A stretch of 64,000 bases of DNA from Octopus vulgaris (taxonomy: Eukaryota), in contig OX597818.1 in the NCBI GenBank assembly GCA_951406725.2, forward strand, positions 90,892,001 through 90,956,000, in the 5' to 3' direction. A program made the position numbers and the translations under genes. Positions 1-12,481 of the stretch are shown here, one piece after another (within the stretch, counting starts at the first letter, position 1; every line of letters starts with the position of its first letter). The notes below the pieces were generated by a model that did no database searches, was not told the DNA's origin, and saw nothing but the letters and a program-made list of their open reading frames with translations.

Positions 1-5
1 GTTGC

Positions 6-131
6 TTTATCGGTCCCAATAAGATGAAAGCCAATGTCGATTTCGACGGAATTTGGAGTCACAATGCAAAGACAGACGAAATACTGCAAGCATTTTAGCA
101 GGCGTGCTAAAGATTCTGCCAGCTCGCCGCT
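6..131 (-). mobile_element. SINE family B, 5' fragment
   Basis: Reverse complement of the head gcggcgagctggcagaatc...; matches the copy at 22187. Confidence 0.75.
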
Positions 132-1119
132 TTGAGAGCTTAAAATTTTCAGACGAAATTACTACAGGATGCATTAAATTTACACAAACCATATTTCCTT
201 CACGGTCAAATACAAGAACCAATTACCAGTTCTTAGGCCGTAGGGCTTGTTATCAGCTGAAGTAGATATTTGAATCACACGATATTACAACCAGTCACGT
301 AGAATGAAGCATATCGTATTTAGATGGAGACCAGGAGAAGCTGGAAGCTTCTTATCTAACCAGTGATTCTTGTCTCTTGTCATGGAATGGTATGCCTAAT
401 ATAGTGTTTGTGGAGTTGGTAAATTAGGCAGAAATGTTTGAATGAATAATTGGATTGAATGTCTTGTTTACCGCAATAATGCTTCCATTTATTTCTTGAT
501 TCCTATGGGAAATGTAAGTTAATTAAAAAACTCTCAATTAACTCTTTAACAACAAATAAAAGGGTTTTAGAATGAGCCAAGGGAAACTGGTATTTAACTA
601 CAAAACCTGATTTAGAAGTGCAAAGAATATATTATAATTCGTAAATACAATTTACGACAAGACAAAAGAACTCATGCATATATTAACATACTGTTCTGTG
701 TCTAAACTCCATCGAGGTGAATGAAACATGCAGTATAAGCTGAGATAATAATTAGCTAAACAGTTTTTCTAAATGTTGTTGTTTTTACAGCAGAATCACC
801 ACCAAATATTCTCTCTCATTTTTCCTGGCTGTCTCGATTATTTTTGTCTGAGTGTGTACATATGTGCATGAGGTTATGAGTGTGCATGCGTGTAGTGTGG
901 TGTGCGTGTGTGTGTTCAGCCTGGCGTTCACTAGTAAATGTCTATAAAAAGCTATGTATGACGTTTCATAGGCACAAGACACGAATGTATGGAAAATGTA
1001 CATGCGTCAATTACCCCCAAATTTTCGATATTTTGACAGAATATTTTCACTTATATCGATTCAGTGTTTGATACATATTTACGCTATATTACTCCGCAAT
1101 ATTAAACTGCTGTATTAAA

Positions 1120-1184
1120 CTCCTGTCAAACCGTCCGATCCATGCCAGCATGGAAAACGGACGTTAAATGATGATGATGAGGAC

Positions 1185-1238
<54 letters not shown>
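1120..1238 (+). mobile_element. Retroposon 3' end with (GAT)n tail
   Basis: ccatgccagcatggaaaacggacgttaaa followed by about 23 GAT units. Confidence 0.6.
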
Positions 1239-1247
1239 ATAAATATA

Positions 1248-1458
1248 CGAGGTGTTGCTGAAAAGTTCCTGGTTTTAGAGGTGTCACGAAAGGCCTAGTT
1301 CGAGGCCCGACCTTCCGAGTTCTTTTACAGGAATTAGAAAACTGAAGGACTGCTGAAATTTGTGTGTGAATCTGAGAGAGGAATATGGTGAATGAAATAT
1401 CATAATTAATTCCTTATTTTCTTTTACCCACAGTCAGGACCTTTTCAGCACCCCTTCG
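1248..1458 (+). mobile_element. Mariner-derived MITE
   Basis: TA|cgaggtgttgctgaaaagttcctgg ... caggaccttttcagcaccccttcg TIRs. The interior retains the transposase C-terminus (CVNLREEYGE*). Confidence 0.8.
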
Positions 1459-1622
1459 TGTGTGTGTAAGTGTGCACGTGCGCGCAAGTGTTTATAAAAA
1501 TAAGCATATGTAAAATATTTTAATCAAATCATATGTTCCTAACACTCATGATTAGAAATAGCCGTTGGTCAACTACGACGTCAATATTTAACTCAGCAAC
1601 ACAAAGTTTTGTTTCTTTGCAG

Positions 1623-1738
1623 GATTCCACGGTAGGACGAACATGGATATATTCCGAGTGGATTACATCTGCGACTGTTTTTATGATATCTTCCATGATT
1701 ACATGAGATGGTTTCATGAGAAACACGGACGATTCAGA
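1623..1738 (+). CDS. S-crystallin (sigma-GST-like) internal exon, (G)[38 protein letters not shown]
   Basis: Acceptor tttgtttctttgcag and donor AGA|gtaagt; 116 nt, phase 1 to 0. The peptide matches the cephalopod S-crystallin GFHG.NN....VD.I.DCFYDI..DYMR motif. Confidence 0.95.
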
Positions 1739-1916
1739 GTAAGTTCTGAGTTTCTAGTTTTATAGATTATCAAAAAGAAACATTTAAATTCGAACTTCTC
1801 TGGTACATACGATGTATATGTTGTAGCTATGTTTCATAGATTCTTTTCAATGAAATATTATTTTATGGATTTGGGGATGTGTGATCCTAATCAGATATGA
1901 TTATTATTCATTCCAT

Positions 1917-2079
1917 AGTCGCAGGAGTGGCTGTGTGGTAAGTAGCTTGTGTACGAACCACATGGTTCTGGGTTCAGTCCGACTGCGTGGCACTTTGGGC
2001 AAGTCTCTTCTACTATAGACTCGGCCGACCAAAGACTTGTGAGTGGATTTAGTAGACGGAAACTGAAAGAAGCCCGTCG

Positions 2080-2120
<41 letters not shown>

Positions 2121-2298
2121 ATGTTTGTCCCCCCCCCCAACATCGCTTGACAACCGATGCTGGTGTGTTTGCGTCCCCGTAACTTAGCGGTTCGGCAAAA
2201 GAGAGCGATAGAATTAGTACTAGGCTTACAAAGAATAATTCCTGAGGTCGATTTACTCCACTAAATGCGGTGCTCCAGCATGGCCGCAGTCACATGAG
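1917..2298 (+). mobile_element. SINE family A (tRNA-like head, internal (TA)n(TG)n microsatellite)
   Basis: A-box-like tggctgtgtggtaag and B-box-like ggttcagtcc; near-identical body recurs many times in the window. Confidence 0.9.
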
Positions 2299-2358
2299 GG
2301 ATGTTTGTCCTCATCTTGTTTGTTGTTAACACCGCAAACAAGATGAGGACAAACATCC
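2299..2358. repeat. 24-bp perfect hairpin; collapsed copy of the 25795-26748 element
   Basis: ggatgtttgtcctcatcttgtttg-N12-caaacaagatgaggacaaacatcc. Confidence 0.85.
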
Positions 2359-2372
2359 GTCAAATGGGTTCG

Positions 2373-2514
2373 CCACTCTACCCCACTGCCGGAGCCTCGT
2401 ACATCTTTAGGTGTTTTCGCTCAATAAACTCTCACAACGCCCCGTCTCGGAATCGAAACCGCGATCCTATGACCGCGAGTCCGCTGCTCTAACCACTGGG
2501 CCATTGCGCCTCCA
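2373..2514 (-). mobile_element. SINE family D, 5' portion
   Basis: Reverse complement of the head gtggaggcgcaatggcccagtggttagagcagcggactcgc; matches 24993. Confidence 0.85.
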
Positions 2515-2529
2515 CACACATATGTATAT

Positions 2530-2679
2530 ATATATTCATTACATTAAATTAGAGATAAAACCACTATTAGGCAAATCAAACAGTGAAAAACATAAGCCAA
2601 TACATAAAATTAATTTTAAAATATAAAAGTTAAAAATAAAAAATTATTTAAATAATTTAAACTTATAAATTTTATACAT

Positions 2680-2737
<58 letters not shown>

Positions 2738-3086
2738 TTTTATATTTATATATTATTTAATTAATTAATTAATTAATTAATTTATTTATTTATTAGTTAT
2801 AATATTATAGTAGGCTTTCCATTTAATTCTAGAAACAAAATCCTTAATATTATTAATAAGTTTCAAAATATATTATTTCCTAGAAGGTATTGGGATATCC
2901 TTCAAAGATGAATTCCAAAATAGCGGTTCTATCTTACCTGTAAATTCCATAATTTACGAAGTTGAGATATTACACCCAATATAGGTAATTTATCAATATA
3001 TTAATTAATAATAATAAAAATTAATGAATAAATCCAAACTTACAGGGATAATATTAAGGATTTTGTTTATAGAATTAAATAAATAC

Positions 3087-3117
<31 letters not shown>

Positions 3118-3890
3118 ATGTATGTATAAAATTTATAAGTTTAAATTATTTAAATAATTTTTTATTTTTAACTTTTATATTTTTTAATTAATTTTATGTA
3201 TTGGCTTATGTTTTTCACTGTTTGATTTGCCTAATAGTGGTTTTATCTCTAAATTAATATAATATAATATAATATATTTATACTATAAAATTGGATTTAA
3301 TCCTAAATCTAATTTTTCCCTGTAAGTTTGGATTTATTCCCTAATTTTATTATTATTAATTAATATGTTGATAAATTACGTATATTGAGTGTAATATTTC
3401 AACTTCGTAAATTATGGAATTTACAGGTAAGATAGAACCGCTATTTTGGAATTCATCTTTGAAGGATATTCCAATACCTTCTAGGAAAGAATATATTTTG
3501 AAACTTATTAATGATATTAAGGAATTTGTTTCTAGAATTAAATGGAAAGCCTACTATTATAACTAATAAATAAATAAATAAATAAATAAAATAATATATA
3601 AATATAAAAATATACATACATACATATATATATATTTGTATGTATGTATAAAATTTATAAGTTTAAATTATTTAAGTAATTTTTATTTTTAACTTTTATA
3701 TTTTAAAATTAATTTTATGTATTGGCTTACGTTTTTCACTGTTTGATTTGCCTAATAGGTGTTTTATCTCTAAATTAATATAATATAATATAATATAATA
3801 TATTTATACTATAAAATTGGATTTAATCCTAAATCTAATTTTTCCCTGTAAGTTTGGATTTATTCCCTAATTTTATTATTATATTCATTA
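2530..3890. mobile_element. Penelope-like element remnant with inverted and tandem duplicated arms
   Basis: About 2537-2690 is inverted at about 3110-3260 and 3630-3785; about 2735-3050 is inverted within about 3315-3615. The 50-aa ORF at 3414-3566 (..SSLKDIPIPSRKEYILKLINDIKEFVSRIKWKAYYY) resembles Penelope-like ORF N-termini. Confidence 0.7.
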
Positions 3891-3905
3891 TATATATAAA
3901 CGCAC

Positions 3906-3978
<73 letters not shown>

Positions 3979-4047
3979 GTGAGAATTTACAAAAAAATGC
4001 AAAAGACGAAGACGTGTGTGTAAACAATAAACACACACACACATATA

Positions 4048-4083
<36 letters not shown>

Positions 4084-4296
4084 CAAGATGCGATATATGT
4101 AATATATGTAACGTCTACGCATCAGCAATAATACGATTGAATGATCTATCCATATAGCGATCTTCAGCTTTAATCTCGTTTATTGTCTTTAATACACCCC
4201 ACAATTTAATCTATCCCGTATTGAAATGTACTAAAGACATATCATTTAAGTGTACAAATTACTATTTAATGCTTTCTATATGCTCTTCTGTTTCAG

Positions 4297-4347
4297 ACTG
4301 GTTGTTGTCCTAGTCTCAGCTCTTGTATCCATCATCATGACCGAGAT
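4297..4347 (+). CDS. S-crystallin variable-loop micro-exon, TGCCPSLSSCIHHHDRD
   Basis: Acceptor tgctcttctgtttcag and donor GAT|gtaagt; 51 nt, phase 0-0, no stop. It lies where long-loop S-crystallins carry their insertion exon. Confidence 0.8.
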
Positions 4348-4962
4348 GTAAGTATAAATATATCTTTGATTATAAATTAGAGGATGGGCTTGTACCTCTG
4401 TACAACAGATAAAATGATGTGATCGAATTTGTCAACAGGTGATTATTTATTATTTGAAGTATTGTAGATTATTCACTAACCAGTGTTTCAATATTTAGCA
4501 GTAAAACAGGATAATTGTGATGAAAATGTCAGCATAGGTGTGAATAAGAGTCCAAATTTCCGTTTGACCATTTCATTGGGTTCTTCAATTTCGTTGTCAT
4601 TCCCGGAATGACGTTAATTATTCACAAAAGGGGAAAAAAATTGGATAAATATTTTCTGCATCGACAATACGTTTTCACTAACTCCTGTGGGTACAGTTTT
4701 CATAAACATCACTAGAAGTAACTGAGTCTTGCTTTATAAAAAGTTATTTAATTAAATGTGTAAAAAAGGAAAAAAGGAAATGAATCCGAAAATTTGGCTA
4801 TTGTATCAAGTGCCACTAAAAGTAACTCCGCTTTTTGCAGCATAAGAAGATATTTCTTTCGAAGCTGTGGGGTAAAACCGCCTTCCGCAATTAACGGTAA
4901 TATAAATTAAAGATCTAAAGTATATGCACGTGAAAACTTAAATACATCTTAATATATTTTAA

Positions 4963-5155
4963 GCCAGCTGCCAGAATCGTTGGACCCCGGAAAAAATAGC
5001 GGCATTTCGTCCGTCTTTACGTTATGAGTTCCAATTCCGCCGAGGTCCCCATTGCTTCCTGTCCTTTTGGGCTGGATAAAATAGTACTAGTTTAGCACTG
5101 GGTCGACGTAATCGACTCACTCACCTCCTAACTTGCTGCCAAAATTTGAAACCAA
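4963..5155 (+). mobile_element. SINE family B, diverged
   Basis: Contains gagttccaattccgccgaggtc...gataaaatagtactag, similar to 22187. Confidence 0.7.
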
Positions 5156-5449
5156 TAATTACATATATTTTAAATATTCTAAATATGATCAAGTGACAGT
5201 ATCGTTGGATCGTTGATGAGAATACCGCACAATATTTTCTGCTCTTTGCATTCTGAATTCAAATCCTTCAATTGCCTACTTGGGTGGTAGATTTAATCCG
5301 TCTCCGATTTTAACCATATCACCTGATATCTTGGGTGCCTTTAGCTGATTCGACTTCGTCGTAAACATTCGGGTAATATTTCCAGCTTAAAGATTACTCC
5401 CTAAATTATCCTCTGTCTTCAACATGTCCTTCACAGGACCTGTAAAGAG

Positions 5450-5783
5450 CCATGGGCATTGGTTTTTCTACCAACCAAAAAGGATTTAGAAGACGGAAAA
5501 TGAAAGAAACCTGTTGTAAACTTATGTGTGTGTGTATATATGTGTGTGTGTATGTGTGTATTTAAGTACATATGTATGCATGTATGTATGCGTTTGTGCT
5601 TCTCTACCGCTTGAAAACCGGTGTCGATATGTTTACGTCCTCGTAAGGGGTTCGGCCTGAGAGAACGATAGATTAAGTACCAGTCTTTAAAAGAGAGGAC
5701 TCGAATCGATTCATTCGACTAAAACCCTTCAAGGCAGTGACTAATCATGAGTGCAGTCTAATGACTGAAACGAGCAAAGATTA
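5450..5783 (+). mobile_element. SINE family A, old partial copy
   Basis: gacggaaaatgaaagaaacc, a microsatellite, then ...cgactaaaacccttcaaggcagtg...aatgactgaaac. Confidence 0.7.
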
Positions 5784-5819
5784 TGCATATACGTTTATGA
5801 ATTTGTGATTCCTGATGTG

Positions 5820-6042
5820 AAACCGTGGTTTGGAACTGATATTGTTATATTTCAGAATGGTCATTTTGCTTTTTACTACGCCAAAATAAACACACGCACT
5901 ATATATTCATTCTTCACTGGTTCAAGACTAATCTTATTTTAACTGATGTCCATTGTCCGAAAATCTTCCGTCACTCATCTGTGACCTCTTCAGCGATACC
6001 GTCCTCTTGTATACACCTTATTCGCTTAATCCATTCTGCCCT

Positions 6043-6045
<3 letters not shown>
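5820..6045 (-). mobile_element. Penelope-like terminal remnant with decayed hammerhead motif (5957-5997)
   Basis: Minus strand reads CUGAAGA-GGUCAC-agauga-GUGAC-GGAAG; abuts a (TA)n tract. Confidence 0.5.
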
Positions 6046-6116
<71 letters not shown>

Positions 6117-6117
6117 C

Positions 6118-6328
6118 TTACTTTTTGCTCTTTTACTTGTTTCAGTCATTTGACTGCGGCCATACTAGAGCACCGCCTTTGCTCGACCAATTCGATCCCA
6201 GGACTTATTCTTTGGAAGCCTAGTACTTATTCTATTTGTCTCTTTTGCCGAACCGTTAAGTTACCGGGACGTAAGCACACCACCATCGGTTGTCAAGCGA
6301 TGTTGGGGGGACAAACACAGACACACAA

Positions 6329-6401
<73 letters not shown>

Positions 6402-6567
6402 TACGACGGGCTTCTTTTAGTATCTGACTACCAAATCCACTCATAAGGCTTTGGTCGGCCCGGGGCTTTAGTAGAAGACACTTGCCCAAGGTGCCACGCA
6501 GTCGGAATGAACCCGGAACTTTGTGGTTTGTAAGCAAGCTACTTACCACACAACCACTCCTACGCCT
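6118..6567 (-). mobile_element. SINE family A, full length
   Basis: Reverse complement of the 1917 element, including head, microsatellite and aagagta-like tail. Confidence 0.9.
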
Positions 6568-7334
6568 ATATATATATATACCTTCCTTACAAAAATCGAT
6601 CAAATTTAGCAGTAAAATGTTCAAGAACGTCCTTACAGTTTATAAACGAAGAGACATAAAACAGTGAGTTTCTGGCTAGTGATCCGTCATCAAGTCCGTG
6701 TGTATCATAGGTTGAAGACGGGAAGGATGGCTTCCCTTTGCAAATACTGATAGGGCACAGAAAATGTGTCAATATCCAGCTGGAGAAGATGTCCTTCTGG
6801 GGCTACAAGCTACAGTAGCATCCTCCCTTAGGGGTTAGCCACATTTTAAGTGGCAAATATACTTCACGATGTCGTGCAGCTACTGTTTATACCTCGCTCA
6901 GAGATTTATTATTGCTTATAAAACAGTGTTAACTGAAAATGTCTTAAAACGTAACGCAAAATCGAGATATTTATAGCGAATTCGAACTCCTTATCTACAA
7001 GCTACTATTCCAACATACCTTAATATGAAACATTTTAAACACACTCCGTAAAAAAAAAAGAAAATCTATAAGAAACTTTACCATTTTCTGGTCTCCGTTT
7101 TCTTTAAATGAGACATGCTGTTGATTGCCCATAGGAGGACAATGTTTGTTTTTGTTAATATGATTTTAGATAATAACATGTGTGTATTTTAGCGAATAAT
7201 GGGTTTGGAGGAAAGTGATCAGATTATTCTCAGAAATGATCGAAAATAAGAGCTTATAATTGCTGCTTGCTGTAGATTAAACGAGCTTCGCTAACGTCAA
7301 TGTAATCTGTTTAGCACAAACAAACGCATACAAC

Positions 7335-7557
7335 TGATATGTATACATTTATACATGTATGTATGTATGTAAACCTATATATATATATATGTATATATAT
7401 ACATACATACATATATATATACATACATATACGCACATACATACATACATATATACACGCACATACATACATGAACGTACATATATTTACATGTAAATGT
7501 ACTTACGCACAATTAAAACAAACATTTACATATATGTTTATATGTATGTACATATAT

Positions 7558-7605
<48 letters not shown>

Positions 7606-7632
7606 TCACAAACACACACACATACGTATGTA

Positions 7633-7668
<36 letters not shown>

Positions 7669-8732
7669 TGTATGTATGTATGTATGTATGTATAGATATA
7701 TACATACACATACATAATGTATAAATATATACATAAGTAAATACATTCATACATACACCTGCATACAATTATACGACTGTGTGCGTATGACCTAAGTTAA
7801 TAAACTAATGGAAGTAGTTATTAAGGGACGAATCTTTAGACGCATACAAACACAAGAACACACACACAAACGCAGTCACAGAGTTCATATATATATATAT
7901 ACATATATACATATATTATTTATAGATAGTTATAACCTTATACATACATACACGCACACACAAATACACACATGCGTACGCACACACACACATATGTATG
8001 TATATACAGAATGATATCCACCCATTCGTTTTCAGTGTGAGTACGTATTGTGTTTATTAACGTACATTACTAAACTGATAGAGATAGGTGTACTGAGAGA
8101 CGAATCTAAATACACAATTCACCAAGTTTCCAATTCAATAAGAAATAATCTAATTGTTGTATCATTGAAGGAGTTGACTTATCCAATAACTATGTCTCAT
8201 GTTGTTTACTACACCATATATTAACAATATGGCCTCCTAGCACTGTACTATGTTCTAGATAAACTAACAGCTTTTATATAATTACTTGAGCATTCGTACC
8301 CACAAACACACTCTGCCAAACACGAAAATGCAAGCACGCCTACACACACAAGCCCGCGCGCGTGCGTTGACACAAGGGAACCATACGCACATACATAAAT
8401 ATTCAGTTATATAACATCGGAAATACAACTCCCTCTTCCTTGGAAATATTCAAATTATATATGTGTGTGTGTGTATTTATATATGTGTATATATGTGCGT
8501 GTGTGTATATATATATATACATATATAAGTATATACATGTGTATATATATGTATAAATATGTGCTTGTGTGTGTGTGTATATATATATATATATAAATTA
8601 AATGTTTGAATATATATATATATAAAAATATATATTAATACATTCATATATAGGTATACTCACACGTACAGACAAACATACATGCACACACACAGACACA
8701 CACTAACACACAAAGCACCCACACACACACAA

Positions 8733-8764
<32 letters not shown>

Positions 8765-8770
8765 GCTTGT
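7335..8770. repeat. Compound TA/CA/TATG microsatellite tracts with short unique spacers
   Basis: Directly visible low-complexity repeats. Confidence 0.85.
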
Positions 8771-9114
8771 TGGTAGGTACGTCGGTAGGTGTCTCTTTAC
8801 GCCTGCTTGTGGTTGTGCGTGTGTACGTGCGCTTGCGTTAGTGCGCGTGCACGCGCAAGTTACGGTGTTTGTGTGTACATATTTGCTTAATTAATTGTGT
8901 TTTAGTACACCAATGGAATTCAATTCAAGATTAAAGGAATAAACGCCGAAAAGATAAAAGAAAGAAAAAAACAAGCAATTGTTTGCACTTTTAACTTATA
9001 TTTCAATTATTCGGCTTTAAAAATGGCATTAACATTGAAAAAAGTTCAAAACGGAACTTACCTCTGATCTGCGTAGATTTATGAGGTCAGGTAGGTTGTA
9101 TACTTTTGCTAACA

Positions 9115-9503
9115 GCTGGCTGTGTGGTAAGATGCTTGCTTCACAACCACATGGTTCCGGGTTCAGTCCCACTGCGTGAAACCTTGGGCTAGTGCCTTCT
9201 ATTATAGTCTCGCGCCAATCAAAGCTTTGTGAGAGGATTTGGTAGACAGAAATTGAAAGAAGCCCGTCGCGTGTGTATATATATGTATATATACTTAAGT
9301 GTGTGTGTGTTCCCCAGCCATCGCTTGACAACTGATCTTTTTGTGTTAATGTCCCCGAAAGTTAGCAGTTCGACCTTAGCGACCGATAGAATAAGCACTG
9401 GGATTACAAAAAATATGTGCTGCAGTCGATTTTTTCGACTAAAGGCGGTGCTCTAGCATGGCCGCAACCAAATGACTGAAACGTGTAAACCGGTAAAAGA
9501 GAG
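9115..9503 (+). mobile_element. SINE family A
   Basis: tggctgtgtggtaag head through aaggcggtgctctagcatggccgc...aatgactgaaac. Confidence 0.88.
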
Positions 9504-9513
9504 TGATTAAATT

Positions 9514-10555
9514 TTACTATAGGCCCAATACCTGAAACTGTGTAGGAGGCTGTAGTGGATTATATCGCTCCTACTGTGCAGCTGTTACCTGTCTTATCGA
9601 CAACGAAAGGGATAAAAGGTAAAGCTGACCTCGCCGGAATTTGAACTCAGAATACAAAGTCAGGAAAAAATACAGCAAATCATTTCGTCAGGTTCGTTAT
9701 TGATTCTGCTAATTCGCCGCCTTAATAGCGCTATTAAATTCTTTCTACAATAGGCATAAGATCTGAAATTTAGGGGAAGGGGATCAGCTGATATTTATTT
9801 TATCAATCTGGAAATGGATGAATGGCGAAGGAGAGCTCGACAGTATTGAATTCAAAACTCAAAAAATTTTGTCCAGCTTCCTAATCATTCTTATTTCGTT
9901 ATTGCCCACAAGGGGCTACACACAGAGGGGGCAAACAGGGAGAGAAAATGGATTAAGTCGATTATATTGACATCAGAGCGTAACTGGTACGTATTTAATC
10001 GACCCAGAAAGGATGAAAGGCAAAGTCGACCTCGGCGGAATTTGAACTCAGAACGTAACGGCAGACGAAATACGGCTACGAATTTCGCCCGGCGTGCTAA
10101 CGTTTCTACCAGCTCGCCGCCTTAATGATTCTGCGAGCTTACTGCCTTCATAGAGGTACTAAATTCTTTCTACTATACGAGAGGGTACTGAATAATCCCT
10201 GGTTTTGGGTAAAAGGAAACACATGAGGATCAGTTAATTATGATTTTATTTAACATATTCCCCTCTCTGATTAAGCCTTGTAAAAGAACTAGAACAGTTA
10301 GTCCCGCAGCCCTTCAACCAGTCCTTTCGGGATAGACACTCTTAAAGCCAGAAAATTTTTAGCACCCCCTCGTAAGTACAGAGCTTGAAATTTGTGGGAA
10401 TGATGTTAGTCGATTAGATCGCCCGCCGTGTCCAACTTTTATTTTATCGATTCGGAAAGAGGTAAATGACAAAGATAATGGCAGAATTGGAATTCAGAAT
10501 GAAAAGTCAAACAAAATTCTCCAATACGTTAATGATTCTGCTAGTTAGCAGCCTT
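9514..10555 (-). mobile_element. Cluster of about 4 adjacent or nested SINE family B copies
   Basis: Recurrent gaaaggatgaaaggcaaagtcgacctcggcggaatttgaactcagaac variants at about 9610, 9815, 10010 and 10455. The best-preserved copy is 9893-10123. Confidence 0.8.
10178..10372 (-). mobile_element. Mariner MITE (same family as 1248) inserted in a SINE
   Basis: TA|cgagagggtactgaataatccctgg ... ccagaaaatttttagcaccccctcg|TA. Confidence 0.8.
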
Positions 10556-10775
10556 AATAGAGGCATTAAATTATTAATATGACTGGCGTCTTTATTCTTT
10601 TAATATCAAATATTTGTTCTCTAGCTTTAATGGTGATTGTTAATATTGCTATGACAATGAAGACTAGTATTTTTGGATATGACAAATGTAACTGTAGTAT
10701 TCTGATATAATAACGATGACTTTGTTTTCAGCTTTGTCAGTGGTCACCACGAATAGAAATTCTGGTTATGACAAT

Positions 10776-11290
10776 AAAAAATAAATAAATAAATGCGCCT
10801 TTTTAAAGCCTAACCAGGCTCACGGGCCCGGTTTCCCGGTTTCAAAGGCGTATGTGTTCCCCAGCTGGACGGAACGCCAGTGTATCGCAGCGTTATTCAT
10901 TTTTGCCAGCTGAGTGGACTAGAGAAACGTGAAATGAAGTGTTTTGGTCAAGAACACAACGCGTCGCCTGGTCCAGGAATCGAAACCACAAGCTTACGAT
11001 CATGATGCTGACGCCTTAACCACTAAGCCACATGTCTCCACTAAAATAAATAAATGCGCCACTCTCATCGGCCCAGTCTCCCGGTTTCAATCGCGTATGT
11101 CTTCCCCAGCCTGACGGGACGCCAGTCCATCGCAGCGTTACTCATTTTTTTCCAGCGGAGTGGACTGGAGCAATGTGAATGAAGTGTTTTGCTCAAAAAC
11201 ACAACGCGTCGCCCGGTCAAGGAAACGAAACCACGATCTTACGATCATGATGCTGACACACTAACCACTAAGCCAGCCACGCGCCTCCAC
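10776..11290 (-). mobile_element. Head-to-tail dimer of SINE family C with 12-bp target-site duplication
   Basis: Units at about 10776-11041 and 11042-11290. ggttatgacaat occurs at 10764-10775 and 11291-11302. Confidence 0.88.
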
Positions 11291-11413
11291 GGTTATGACA
11301 ATGCTGTTTGTGATATTGTTATAACGATGAAGAGTTTGTTAATCTAGTTTTGACAATGGTTACAGTTTTCCTGTTATGCCATACATGTTTCCTTACAAAT
11401 CAAACTTTTATAC

Positions 11414-11551
11414 AGGCGTAGGCTTGGATGCGTGGTAAGACGTTTGCTTCCAAACCACATGGTTCCGGTCTCAGTACCACTGCGTGGCACTTTAGGCATG
11501 TGTCTTCACCTATAGCCTCGGGATGGCCAAAACCTTGAGCGTGGATTTGGG

Positions 11552-11623
<72 letters not shown>

Positions 11624-11664
11624 GTCTATCTATCTATCTGTCTGTCTGTCTATCTATCTATGTA

Positions 11665-11730
<66 letters not shown>

Positions 11731-11855
11731 CGTCCGTCCGTCTGTCTGTCTATCTATCTAGTGCGTGTGTGTGTGTGTGTGTGTTTGTCCTACACTACCG
11801 CTTGACTAACACTGTTGTTGTGTTTGCCTACCCACAGTTTAGCGGTTTCGGAAAA
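11414..11855 (+). mobile_element. SINE family A variant with (TCTG)n/(TCTA)n interior, 3' truncated
   Basis: Family A head; the body resumes after the tetranucleotide tract (ccgcttgac...ttagcggtttcgg). Confidence 0.8.
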
Positions 11856-12254
11856 TATTTCTATGAATGCATTCTTTAAAACAGACGTAGTCTTCTGACG
11901 CAAGATCTGTGATGTTTACAACATATATTACAAATGATGCGTTAGGTTTCGAAAGCCATTTACAGAAATGTAGTTATCAATGATAAAGCAGTTGGTAGGC
12001 AGCCACATAGAGTTACCGTGATAGGTACGTTCCAAAGCAAGGAATTAGAGTGTGGCAGCTCTATATTGTATTCTTCTAAGGAACCATCTTGCATGGTAAT
12101 TTTGTGATTTTATGATACATGATCAACGTATTTACTAAGTTAGTAACGAAAATGATTTCTGTGGTAAAGCGTCATGGATAGCAATAATCTATTTACATCA
12201 GTCTTTCGTAAATTGGGGCATGGCCATACTTTCATGGTGTGACTCGCCACCCAA

Positions 12255-12282
12255 ATCCATCCATCCATCCATCCATCCATCC

Positions 12283-12347
<65 letters not shown>

Positions 12348-12379
12348 ACTATCTATCTATCTATCTATATGTCTGTCTG

Positions 12380-12430
<51 letters not shown>

Positions 12431-12481
12431 GTCTGTCTTTCTATGTATCTTTCTGTCTGTCCGTCTCTCTCTATATATATA

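Noticed and set aside
1529-1726. 65-aa minus-strand ORF
   Set aside because: Antisense shadow of the S-crystallin exon.
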